Source of the DNA: Gemmatimonadaceae bacterium
GTDB lineage: Bacteria > Gemmatimonadota > Gemmatimonadetes > Gemmatimonadales > Gemmatimonadaceae
Direction: 5' to 3'
Length of the DNA: 55,044 nt
Assembly: GCA_036488915.1 (NCBI GenBank)
Contig: DASXGU010000134.1
Coordinates: 1 to 55,044 of the forward strand
The notes beneath the pieces are model-generated. The model did no database searches and was not told the origin of the DNA. It was given only the letters and a program-made list of their open reading frames with translations. Of this stretch, positions 1 through 9,044 are shown one piece after another. Each line of letters begins with the position of its first letter. Within the stretch, counting starts at the first letter, position 1. Made by a program: the position numbers and the translations under genes.

Positions 1-37
1 TGGCGCACCGGGGGGAGGGCAAGCTCCATACCCGGTC

Positions 38-53
38 TGGCATGTGAGGTGCA
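38..53 (+). promoter_or_regulatory. Possible sigma54 (-24/-12) promoter for the first transglycosylase
   Basis: TGGCATGTGAGGTGCA matches TGGCACG-N4-TTGC with correct GG/GC spacing; it ends 12 nt before the ATG at 66. Confidence 0.35.
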
Positions 54-65
54 ACCGATAAACCC

Positions 66-818
66 ATGGCCGACGTCGAGATCGAACAGCGCCAGTCAGG
101 AGCCGGAGATCCCTTCACCAATGTAGCGGTCCGCAGACCGCCCCGGCCCCCGGCTCCCCGCTGGAAAAGAATTCTCAAAACCTCGCTCCACGGACTCGGG
201 GCCACCGTTTTGCTCGCCGCCGGAACGATCTGGACCATCCGCCAGCAGCATCCAAAGTTCGTCCAGCCTGGCGCATTGCTTCACCTTCCGGCGGCGGTAG
301 TGGAGGCGGCTGCACCGGGGACTGAGCCGTACCAGGCCCCGACCGATTCCGCGGCGGTGCTCGAGATAAAGAAGGTGGCCTTTTCTCTCCACAAGTACAC
401 CAACGACACCGTGCTGGCGCGCCGCATCGCCCAGGCGATCGTCGTCGAAGGGGGAAAGAAGAACATCGATCCCGCGCTGCTGGTGGGAGTCGTATTGACG
501 GAGGATGCCCAGCTCGATCCCAACGCCAAGAGCTTCGTTGGAGCCCGGGGCCTGATGCAGGTGATGCCGTTCCACGCCGGGAAATGGCCCGGGTGCTCGT
601 CGTCGAACCTCTTCGCCATCGACGCCAACATCTGTCACGGGGTGAGCATCCTGGCCGACCTGATCAAGCGGTCGCCCAGCGTCTCCAGCGCGCTCCAGCG
701 CTACAATGGTTGCGTGCGCGGGACGAATACCCCGAATTGCCACACGTATTCGGGCAAAGTCCTGAAGTTTGCCGAGCAGGCGGCGACCCAGATGCTGAGT
801 TTTTCGCTGACGGAGTAG
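66..818 (+). CDS. Lytic transglycosylase, SLT domain, N-terminal membrane anchor (paralog 1)
   Basis: IDPALLVGVVLTE (catalytic Glu), S..GARGLMQVMP, NI.HG, AL.RYNG motifs. Confidence 0.88.
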   Translation: MADVEIEQRQSGAGDPFTNVAVRRPPRPPAPRWKRILKTSLHGLGATVLLAAGTIWTIRQQHPKFVQPGALLHLPAAVVEAAAPGTEPYQAPTDSAAVLEIKKVAFSLHKYTNDTVLARRIAQAIVVEGGKKNIDPALLVGVVLTEDAQLDPNAKSFVGARGLMQVMPFHAGKWPGCSSSNLFAIDANICHGVSILADLIKRSPSVSSALQRYNGCVRGTNTPNCHTYSGKVLKFAEQAATQMLSFSLTE

Positions 819-969
819 CTGGGCGGGAAATCTCCCTAAACATCTGGCTAGGCCTTCCTGAGGCTGTCCAACGCCGCAACCCATTGCGGCGAAGCTATTT
901 GCGCCACGGACATCACAAACATGACATTTGGATGACCGGAAAAGGCCCTAGAAGACCCAAAACTTTTTC

Positions 970-1003
970 TTGACCGAATGCGTCAGTATAGGTACCGTTA
1001 TAC
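970..1003 (+). promoter_or_regulatory. Sigma70-like promoter with overlapping inverted repeats (candidate XRE operator)
   Basis: TTGACC(970-975)-17 nt-TACCGT(993-998); TGAC-N7-GTCA over the -35 and GTATA-N8-TATAC over the -10. Confidence 0.4.
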
Positions 1004-1039
1004 GTATCTCAGCAGTGGCATTACCACAATAGATTCGAA

Positions 1040-1636
1040 ATGGCAGAATGGATTGGACGGGAGCTCGAGCGAATCAGAAAGCTCAGAGGTCTCCGTCGTG
1101 AAGACGTTGCGGCAAGGCTACCGAGACCGGTGTCGCCATCGACTATTCGCAATATCGAGCATGACGAGGAGTACAACGTCTCGCTCGAGCTTTTGCGACA
1201 GGTTGCGGCCGTTCTGGGTGCCAAGATCCAGGTCTCACTAGAGGCAGAGGATCTGAAGCGCTGGCAGACTCCGGCCGGACAGCGGCCGGCGATCGAAGTG
1301 GCCGAAACCGCCGCCGACATCGGGCACGAAAAGCTGATCGACAACGAGTACTTCATCCGGTACATCCGGGCGCGTCATCCGGATTGTCCCCTGACCAACT
1401 CGCAGATCGGCAGAAGGATGTGGGACTTCGCCAAGCCCAGGGGAGCGGAGCTGGTGAAGGGCAGGATGCAGGTGAAGAAGCCGGCGAACGAGAGCATCGC
1501 TACTTACAGGCTCCCGACGACGGCAGCGCAGTACCGCGTACGTGAGCGGGATATGGAAGTTTTGCACGGTTTTGCGGATCGGTTAGGCCGAGCTTACCGC
1601 GATGAGAAGGGGAGAGTTCTTGTTCCGCTCATCTAA
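1040..1636 (+). CDS. XRE-family HTH protein fused to an uncharacterised C-terminal domain
   Basis: N-terminal IGRELERIRKLRGLRREDVAARL..VSPSTIRNIE..YNVSLELLRQVAAVLG is a typical HTH_3; last ~100 aa not recognised. Confidence 0.8.
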   Translation: MAEWIGRELERIRKLRGLRREDVAARLPRPVSPSTIRNIEHDEEYNVSLELLRQVAAVLGAKIQVSLEAEDLKRWQTPAGQRPAIEVAETAADIGHEKLIDNEYFIRYIRARHPDCPLTNSQIGRRMWDFAKPRGAELVKGRMQVKKPANESIATYRLPTTAAQYRVRERDMEVLHGFADRLGRAYRDEKGRVLVPLI

Positions 1637-1670
1637 GGCTGCCCGGGCTTCACTAATTCCAGGAGAACCT

Positions 1671-2345
1671 GTGAAGAAGTCTCTCAAGCCGTTGAACGCA
1701 CCTCCTCCGAAGCTGGCTTCGCCCGCGAAGTCGGCCATGCGCGCCGTCTCCCATGCACTGGCATTGGGTGGACTGCTCGTCGGCGGAGCCGTGTGGACGA
1801 TTTCGCAGCAGCACCCGCTGTACGCGAACCCGGGCAAGCTTCTGAGACTTCCCGCGGCCGTCGTCGACGCTTCGCAGCCCACCGAGCAGGCGTTCCGTAT
1901 TGGTGAAGTTCTCAACCAGTACACCCACGATCGCGCCCTGGCGTTCCGTATCGCCGATGCGCTGGTCGACCAGGCTGACAAGGAGAAGATCGATCCGGCG
2001 CTGCTGGTCGGTGTGCTGCTCACCGAAGACGCCACCCTCGATCCCCACGCCCGCAGTTCGGTCGGCGCGCGGGGCCTGATGCAGGTCATGCCGCTCCACG
2101 GCGGCAAGTGGGGCTGCGGCTCGTCGGATCTGTTCAACATCGAGAGCAACATCTGTCACGGCGTGCAGATTCTGAAGCAGGCCATGATCGACGCGCCCAA
2201 CACCCGTGTCGCGCTGCTGCGCTACAACGGCTGCGTCCGCGGGCGCAATACCCCGAACTGTCATCGCTATGACGACACGGTTCTGAGGCACGCGGACCGC
2301 GCCGCCGCGGAGATGCGACTGGTCAAAACCCGCAAGGGCGAGTAA
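1671..2345 (+). CDS. Lytic transglycosylase, SLT domain (paralog 2)
   Basis: Same motifs as 66..818; GTG at 1671 preceded by AGGAG is preferred over the ORF-track start at 1602. Confidence 0.88.
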   Translation: MKKSLKPLNAPPPKLASPAKSAMRAVSHALALGGLLVGGAVWTISQQHPLYANPGKLLRLPAAVVDASQPTEQAFRIGEVLNQYTHDRALAFRIADALVDQADKEKIDPALLVGVLLTEDATLDPHARSSVGARGLMQVMPLHGGKWGCGSSDLFNIESNICHGVQILKQAMIDAPNTRVALLRYNGCVRGRNTPNCHRYDDTVLRHADRAAAEMRLVKTRKGE

Positions 2346-2356
2346 GGTTCTTCTGG

Positions 2357-2392
2357 AAAGAGCCGGTGCTCAATGCACCGGCTCTTTTTTTT
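2357..2392 (+). terminator. Intrinsic terminator
   Basis: AAAGAGCCGGTGC-TCAAT-GCACCGGCTCTTT 13-bp stem running into a T tract, just after the SLT2 stop. Confidence 0.8.
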
Positions 2393-3292
2393 ATGTCCGC
2401 CAAACCCTACTGGATTCTCGCGCTGTCGGTGCTCGGCATCTCGTTCGCCGGGCCGCTGGTGCGGCTTTCGACCGCCGACGCGGTTACGATCGCGGTCTGG
2501 CGGCTGGGGTTCTCCCTCGTCATCGTCGCCGGTTTTCTCGTCACGACCGGCGAATGGCGCGACTGGCGGCACCTGACGTGGCGGCGTTTTGTCCTCGCCG
2601 CGCTGGGCGGAGTTTCACTGGGACTCCATTTCTGGGCGTGGAATGCTTCCATCCACCTCACCACCATCGCAGCGTCGGTGACTCTGGTGAGCATGCAGCC
2701 CGCCATCGTCGCGACGATTTCGGCGATCGCGCTGCGGGAAGCGCCGACTCGGGTTCAGATAGCGGGTATTGCCATGGCGATTGTCGGAGCGATGATCATC
2801 GCCGCGCCCGACCTTAGTGGCGGCCTCGCTCCGAGCGGCAACGCCCCGCTGCTCGGCAACCTGCTCGCAATATCTGCCGCGCTGGTTGCGGCGGTCTATT
2901 ACAGCATCGGACGGAGCCTGCGAAAAGCGCTCGGCGTCTGGGCGTACGTCGGCATAGTGTACTCCACGGCCTTTGTCACTCTCTGGCTGATCGCCGAGCT
3001 GCGCGGCATTGCGCTGGCCCCGCAGCCGCCGCGCGAAATCGCCATCTTCGCCGGGCTGGCATTGGGACCGATGCTGCTCGGCCACACCGGCATGAACTGG
3101 GCGCTCAAGTTCCTGCCGGCGTACGTGGTAAACCTCACCGTGCTCGGCGAGCCGGTCGGAGCGACGCTGCTCGGCGCCGTCATTCCTTCGATCAGACAGA
3201 TTCCATCGGTGGCGACATTGGTGGGTGGTGCAATCGTGCTCGGAGGCGTGATCGTTGCCGCGGGCGGCTCCCGCAGCACCGCCCCAGCGTGA
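2393..3292 (+). CDS. DMT/EamA family transporter
   Basis: About 10 hydrophobic helices in two EamA repeats; LGHTGMNWALK and LGEPVGA motifs; ATG at 2393. Confidence 0.88.
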   Translation: MSAKPYWILALSVLGISFAGPLVRLSTADAVTIAVWRLGFSLVIVAGFLVTTGEWRDWRHLTWRRFVLAALGGVSLGLHFWAWNASIHLTTIAASVTLVSMQPAIVATISAIALREAPTRVQIAGIAMAIVGAMIIAAPDLSGGLAPSGNAPLLGNLLAISAALVAAVYYSIGRSLRKALGVWAYVGIVYSTAFVTLWLIAELRGIALAPQPPREIAIFAGLALGPMLLGHTGMNWALKFLPAYVVNLTVLGEPVGATLLGAVIPSIRQIPSVATLVGGAIVLGGVIVAAGGSRSTAPA

Positions 3293-3360
3293 GAATTAGA
3301 TTTTCAGCGGCGGCTTCATCCGAAGTGGCGCCCACCACGCCCAAAAGTCACCCGGACTCG

Positions 3361-6129
3361 ATGCGAAGCTTCATCGTCAGAGCGTTTTTTCTGTGTTTCC
3401 TGGCTTTGCCGACCGTGGGTCAGGGCCAGCGGCGCCCGCCGCGTCCCCCCAGGATCACGTCGCCTCGCGAGCAATTCGGTCACGACATCGGTGACGACTA
3501 TTTCCTGGCCAATTACGGCCAGATGATCGACTACTGGAAAAAGCTCGATCGAGAATCCGACCGGATGCGGATGGTACGCATTGGGACGACAGCCGAAGGT
3601 CGGCCAATGTGGATGGCGATCGTCACGGCGCCCGAGAATCAGCGGAAACTCGGCAGATATCAGGAGATCTCGCGCAAGCTGGCGCTGGCGGAGGATCTCA
3701 CCGACGCCCAGGCCCACGCTCTTGCCGCCGAAGGCAAAGCGGTCGTCTGGATTGACGGCGGACTCCACGCCACCGAGGTCCTCGGCGCCCAACAGCTCAT
3801 TCTCACGACGTACGACCTGGTGAGTCGCACCGATCCGGAGACGATGCGCTTCCTTCGCGACGACATCATACTGCTGGTTCCGGCGAATCCCGACGGCCAG
3901 GATCTCGTCTCGAACTGGTACATGCGCGAGGCAGACACGCTGAAGCGCACGACCTCGCGCCTTCCGCGTCTCTACCAGAAGTACGCGGGGCATGATAACA
4001 ACCGCGACGCATACATGGCGTCGCAGCCGGAGACCCAGGCCATGGACAGCATTCTGTTCCGTGCCTGGTATCCGCAGATCATGTACAACCATCACCAGAC
4101 CGGACCAATCGGGACGGTGATCTTCGCGCCACCGTTTCGCGACCCCTTCAACTACAACTTCGATCCCCTGGTGCCGATGGAGCTCGATCTGGTCGGCGCT
4201 GCCATGCACTCGCGGTTCGTGGCTGAGGGCAAGGCGGGCGCGACGATGCGGAGCGGGTCCGGCTATTCGACGTGGTGGAACGGCGGCATGCGGACGACAG
4301 TGTACTTCCACAACATGATCGGGCTCCTGACCGAGGCAATCGGCAACCCGACTCCCATCGAGATTCCGCTGGTTCCGGAGAAGCTGCTGCCCAAGGGTGA
4401 TCTGCCGATGCCGATCCAGCCGCAGAAATGGCACTTCGCCCAATCGATTGCCTACGAGATGACGGCCAATCGCGCAGTCTTTGATGTCGCCTCGAGGTAT
4501 CGCGAGACCTTTCTCTACAACATCTACCGGATGGGCAGAAACTCCATCGAGCGCGGAACCACCGACAGCTGGACCGTCACCCCACGCAAGGTCGCGGCGC
4601 TCGAAGCGGCGGTCCCGCAGGACAGCGGCAGGGGCCAGGGCGGCGGCGGCCCTCCGCCCGCAACTACGCCCGCCGAGCTCGCCGCTTACAACAACATCAT
4701 GCGGAACCCGGCGGACCGGGATCCGCGGGGATACATCATTCCCTCCGACCAGCCTGACTTCCTGACCGCCACGAAATTCGTGAACTCGCTGATCAAGACG
4801 GGGATCGTCGTCGATCGCGCGACGACGGGGTTCAGCGTGAACGGCAAGAATTATCCGGCGGGCTCGTACGTCGTGAAAACCGCCCAGTCGTTCCGTCCCC
4901 ACGTTCTCGACATGTTCGAGCCGCAGGACCATCCAAACGACATCCCGTATCCCGGAGCCGCACCCATTCCGCCGTACGACAATGCCGGCTGGACGCTGGC
5001 GTATCAAATGGGAGTCGAGTTCGATCGGATCCTGGAAGGCTTCGACGGTCCGTTCGCACCGATACAGGGGTTCGCCAGGGTGCCGACTCCGCACGTGGGA
5101 CCCGCGGCGGCCGGGTACGCGCTCAGTCATTCTGTGAATGATGCCTTCACTGCGGTCAACCGATTGCTCGCCCACGGCGAGGACGTGTACACGCTGCGAT
5201 CAAATCTCAGCATCAACGGTCGGACCTACCCGGCGGGCACTTTTTACATCGTCGCGAAGCCAGGCACGCTGGCTGTGCTCAGCCGGCTTGCCAGAGACAA
5301 GGGACTGACCTTCGATCCGTTCCAGACCGAGGTCGCGCCGGCTGCGCTCAAGCGCGTTCGCCCGGCGAGGATCGCTCTCTGGGATCAATACGGCGGCTCG
5401 ATTCCGTCCGGCTGGGCGCGCTTCATTCTCGAGCAATTCGAGTTTCCGTACGAGGTCATCTACCCGCAGACGATCGACGCCGGCAACCTGGCCGCGAAGT
5501 ATGATGTCATCATTCTTCCCGATGGTGCGACGTTCGCGCGAGGCAACGGCCGGCCGGGCCCGCGCATCAATCCAGAGGAGATTCCCGCCGAGTATCGTGA
5601 CAGGCTCGGTGGATTGTCGGTGGCGAGAAGTGTCCCGCCGCTCCAGGAATTTCTCAATGCAGGTGGAACCATCCTGGCTATCGGTTCGGCGACCGATCTT
5701 GGGGTCCAGCTCCAGCTGCCGATTGCCAACGCGCTGGTGGACAGCGCCGGTCGCGCGCTCCCGCGCAACCGGTTTTACGTCCCAGGCTCCATTCTTTCGA
5801 TGCGGGTCGATACTACTCTGTCTCTGGCTGACGGCCTCCGCCCGGTCACCGACTTCTACTACGACAACGCGCCGGCTTTCCGGCTGCTCCCCGCGGCAGA
5901 GACCCGCGGCGTGAAGAGAGTCGTGTGGGTGGATGGCCCAGCGTCATTGCGCAGCGGCTGGGCGTGGGGCCAAAGATATCTGAGCGGGGTAACAGAGGTC
6001 CTGCAGGCTCCGGTGGGCAAGGGCATGCTGGTGCTTTACGGCCCCGACCCGTATTTCCGTTCGCAGCCTCACGGGACTTTCAAGCTTCTGTTCAATGGCA
6101 TCCTTTATCGCAACGAACTCGGGGACTAG
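3361..6129 (+). CDS. Secreted M14 zinc carboxypeptidase-family protein
   Basis: Signal peptide from ATG 3361; GLHATE (HxxE), NPDG, DNNRD, NHHQ zinc and substrate motifs. Confidence 0.88.
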   Translation: MRSFIVRAFFLCFLALPTVGQGQRRPPRPPRITSPREQFGHDIGDDYFLANYGQMIDYWKKLDRESDRMRMVRIGTTAEGRPMWMAIVTAPENQRKLGRYQEISRKLALAEDLTDAQAHALAAEGKAVVWIDGGLHATEVLGAQQLILTTYDLVSRTDPETMRFLRDDIILLVPANPDGQDLVSNWYMREADTLKRTTSRLPRLYQKYAGHDNNRDAYMASQPETQAMDSILFRAWYPQIMYNHHQTGPIGTVIFAPPFRDPFNYNFDPLVPMELDLVGAAMHSRFVAEGKAGATMRSGSGYSTWWNGGMRTTVYFHNMIGLLTEAIGNPTPIEIPLVPEKLLPKGDLPMPIQPQKWHFAQSIAYEMTANRAVFDVASRYRETFLYNIYRMGRNSIERGTTDSWTVTPRKVAALEAAVPQDSGRGQGGGGPPPATTPAELAAYNNIMRNPADRDPRGYIIPSDQPDFLTATKFVNSLIKTGIVVDRATTGFSVNGKNYPAGSYVVKTAQSFRPHVLDMFEPQDHPNDIPYPGAAPIPPYDNAGWTLAYQMGVEFDRILEGFDGPFAPIQGFARVPTPHVGPAAAGYALSHSVNDAFTAVNRLLAHGEDVYTLRSNLSINGRTYPAGTFYIVAKPGTLAVLSRLARDKGLTFDPFQTEVAPAALKRVRPARIALWDQYGGSIPSGWARFILEQFEFPYEVIYPQTIDAGNLAAKYDVIILPDGATFARGNGRPGPRINPEEIPAEYRDRLGGLSVARSVPPLQEFLNAGGTILAIGSATDLGVQLQLPIANALVDSAGRALPRNRFYVPGSILSMRVDTTLSLADGLRPVTDFYYDNAPAFRLLPAAETRGVKRVVWVDGPASLRSGWAWGQRYLSGVTEVLQAPVGKGMLVLYGPDPYFRSQPHGTFKLLFNGILYRNELGD

Positions 6130-6954
6130 ATGACGCGCTCACGCATTCTGCTCGTGGCACTCGCCGTTTCCGGCTGCTCGTACTTCAAGTCGGGCCCAGG
6201 TCCCGAGACCGCTCCCGCCCCTGCCACCAGGACGGTCAAGCCGAAGCCGGGAGCGGGCATTGTCGTCGCGAGCAGCGCCGATCTCATCCGCGCCATGCAC
6301 GACCGCTACGACGGAAAGTACCTGAAGACCATCAGCTTTCTTCAGAACAACACCCAGTACCGGACCAATGGCGAAGAGACGAAAACGCAGTGGTACGAGC
6401 ACATTGAGGTTCCCGGAAAGCTGCGCATCGCTTTTCTCCCCGCTGCACGAAAGAGCGGTCTCGTCCAGGTCGGTGACCGGGTGGCATCGTTCGACAACGG
6501 TATCCGCGTCGATTTCCGGCCTTCAGTGAACCCGTTGCTTCTCCTGACTGCCGATGTGTACGCCGCGCCCGCCGCCGCGATCATGCGTGGACTCGATTCG
6601 CTTCACGTCGATGGAAGCCTGATTCGGAACGACCAGTGGGAAGGCAATCCCGTCTACGTGGTAGGCGCGAAGGCGGGGGACACGACTTCCAATCAGTATT
6701 GGATCGACCGCGACAATCTGCGTCTGGTGCGCTTCATTCAGACCCAGCGAAACGGCGAACGCACTTTGGTCAGCGACATCCGGGTGCAGAGCTACAAGGA
6801 GATCGAGGGCTTCGACCTCCCGACCGAGTTTCTGGAGCTGAGAAATGGCAAGCCCTTCTGGCGGGAGCAATACGCCGACGTGCGCATTAACGAAGAGTTT
6901 CCGGCCGGGACGTTCGACCAGGCGCGCTGGAACGACATTCCGATTCCCAAATAG
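6130..6954 (+). CDS. Lipoprotein with LolA/lipoprotein-sorting-like fold
   Basis: Lipobox AVSGC; beta-rich body with YWIDRDNLRLVR and Y.DV..N..F...F patterns. Confidence 0.6.
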   Translation: MTRSRILLVALAVSGCSYFKSGPGPETAPAPATRTVKPKPGAGIVVASSADLIRAMHDRYDGKYLKTISFLQNNTQYRTNGEETKTQWYEHIEVPGKLRIAFLPAARKSGLVQVGDRVASFDNGIRVDFRPSVNPLLLLTADVYAAPAAAIMRGLDSLHVDGSLIRNDQWEGNPVYVVGAKAGDTTSNQYWIDRDNLRLVRFIQTQRNGERTLVSDIRVQSYKEIEGFDLPTEFLELRNGKPFWREQYADVRINEEFPAGTFDQARWNDIPIPK

Positions 6955-6982
6955 CACCGCCCCTCAAAACCTGCGAGCAACG

Positions 6983-9037
6983 ATGAGAGCTGGACTCCTG
7001 GTGACGGCGGCGTTCGTCGCCGTCGATCTGCACGCGCAGGGGCGCGTCCAGCGCCCGATGACGTTCGAGGATTTCGCCGCGGTGAGAAACGTCGGCGATC
7101 CGCAGATCTCGCCCGACGGGAAATGGGTGCTGTACTCGCTGCGCACTACCGACGTTGATGCGAACAAGCGAACGACGGTCACGAAGATCATGTCGGTTGC
7201 CGGCGGAGGCGCGCGCCAGTTTCCCGGGCCTGCCGTCGCGGCCAGCGAAGCCCGCTGGTCGCCTGACGGGAAGCGCGTCGCATACATCGCCGACGGCCAG
7301 CTCTGGATCGCCAGCGCGAGCGGGAGCGATGCCCGTCAGATCACCAGGGTCAGCGGGGGTGCCAGCGGGCCCGTCTGGGCGCCATCCGGCGATCGTATTG
7401 CTTTCGTCACCGGCGTTTATCCGGAGTGCGACAGTGACGCGTGCAACATCGAGAAAGCGAGGGCCGCAGACACCGGCAAGGTGAGAGCGCACATTGCCGA
7501 CAATCTCCTCTATCGCCACTGGACGCAATGGACCGGGCCGACGCGCTCGCACCTGTTCGTCGTGGGCCCCGACGGCACCGGCTTACGGGATGTCACTGTC
7601 GGCGTGAAGTATGATGTTCCTCCGGGACCGTTCGGGGGCAGCGAGGGCTACAACTTCTCTCCCGACGGCCGGGAGCTGGCCTACACCGCCAAGGATCAGG
7701 GACGCGAAGACGCGTGGTCCACAGACATCAATGTCTACGTCGTGCCGGTCGCCGGTGGTCCACCGGTCGACATCACGGCGTCGAACCGGGGCGGCGATCA
7801 GAATCCCGTGTACTCGCCCGATGGTCGCACCATACTCTACGCGTCGCAGGCGCGACCCGGCTTCGAATCGGATCGCCAGCGGTTGATGGCGTACAATCGG
7901 GTCGCCCATACATCCCGTGAGCTGCTGCCGAGCTGGGACAGAAACGCCGACGGCTACGCCTTCTCTCCCAGCGGCGACGCGATCTATCTCACAACGGTTG
8001 ATGCCGGCCGCACCAAGTTCTACCGCACCACCCGCACGGCGTCCGGCTGGTCGACGCCGCGCCTGCTGACGTCGGGCGGAAACAACTTCTCACCCTCATT
8101 CTCCGCTGACGGTAAGGCCATTGTCTGGTTGCAGGATGCGACCGAGCGTCCGGCAGAAGCTTACGTCGCGAGCATTGGCGCATCCGGCTTCGGCGCGGTG
8201 ACCAGGCTTACTCACGAGAACGATCCCCTCCTGGCCGGACTCAAGCTGAATCCCGCCGAGGATTTCTGGTTCAAAGTCGCCGACGGCGACAGCGTCCAGG
8301 GATTCATCATAAAGCCGCCGCAATATCAGCCGGGAAGGAAGTATCCGGTGCTTCTGCTGATTCACGGCGGCCCGCAGGGCGAATGGCTGGACCAGTGGCA
8401 CGGCCGCTGGAATTTCGAGCTCTTCGCGTCGCCGGGGTTTGGCGTGGTGGCGATCAATCCGCGCGGCTCTTTCGGGTATGGCCAGAAATTCACCGACGAA
8501 GTTTCGAGAGACTGGGGCGGCAGGGCGTACACGGATCTGATGACGGGGCTCGATGCCGCTCTGGCGCGCAATTCCTGGCTCGATTCGACGCGCATGGGCG
8601 CCGGCGGCGGATCATACGGCGGTTACATGACGAACTGGATTGCCGGCCACTCCAATCGGTTCAAGGCGCTGTTTACCCACGCGGGCCCCTACAATCTCGA
8701 GAACATGTACGGCGCCACCGAGGAAATCTGGTTTGGCGACTGGGAATTCGGAGGCCCCTACTGGAACAAGCAGGCGATGGATTCGACTTATCGCCGCTGG
8801 TCGCCGCATCTCTACGCAGCGAACTTCCACACCCCGCAGCTCGTCGTAGTGGGCGAGATGGACTACCGCGTCCCGTACACCGAGGGTCTTTCGCTTTTCA
8901 CCGCACTCCAGCGACAGGGCGTCCCCAGCCGTCTCATCGACTTCCCCGACGAAGGACACTGGATCGGCAAGCCCCAGAACCAGAGACTGTGGTGGGCGGA
9001 AGTGCTCGGCTGGTTTCGAAAATATCTCTCGCCTTAG
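6983..9037 (+). CDS. S9 family peptidase (dipeptidyl aminopeptidase/acylaminoacyl peptidase)
   Basis: PD40-like SPDG repeats; IHGGP, GGSYGG nucleophile, D.RV, DEGH triad; ATG 6983. Confidence 0.92.
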   Translation: MRAGLLVTAAFVAVDLHAQGRVQRPMTFEDFAAVRNVGDPQISPDGKWVLYSLRTTDVDANKRTTVTKIMSVAGGGARQFPGPAVAASEARWSPDGKRVAYIADGQLWIASASGSDARQITRVSGGASGPVWAPSGDRIAFVTGVYPECDSDACNIEKARAADTGKVRAHIADNLLYRHWTQWTGPTRSHLFVVGPDGTGLRDVTVGVKYDVPPGPFGGSEGYNFSPDGRELAYTAKDQGREDAWSTDINVYVVPVAGGPPVDITASNRGGDQNPVYSPDGRTILYASQARPGFESDRQRLMAYNRVAHTSRELLPSWDRNADGYAFSPSGDAIYLTTVDAGRTKFYRTTRTASGWSTPRLLTSGGNNFSPSFSADGKAIVWLQDATERPAEAYVASIGASGFGAVTRLTHENDPLLAGLKLNPAEDFWFKVADGDSVQGFIIKPPQYQPGRKYPVLLLIHGGPQGEWLDQWHGRWNFELFASPGFGVVAINPRGSFGYGQKFTDEVSRDWGGRAYTDLMTGLDAALARNSWLDSTRMGAGGGSYGGYMTNWIAGHSNRFKALFTHAGPYNLENMYGATEEIWFGDWEFGGPYWNKQAMDSTYRRWSPHLYAANFHTPQLVVVGEMDYRVPYTEGLSLFTALQRQGVPSRLIDFPDEGHWIGKPQNQRLWWAEVLGWFRKYLSP

Positions 9038-9044
9038 CCGGCGC

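Noticed and set aside
3316-5175. Long antisense ORFs here and opposite actB, speA, the ABC transporter and others
   Set aside because: Typical shadow ORFs of high-GC coding DNA, with Arg/Gly-rich non-domain sequence
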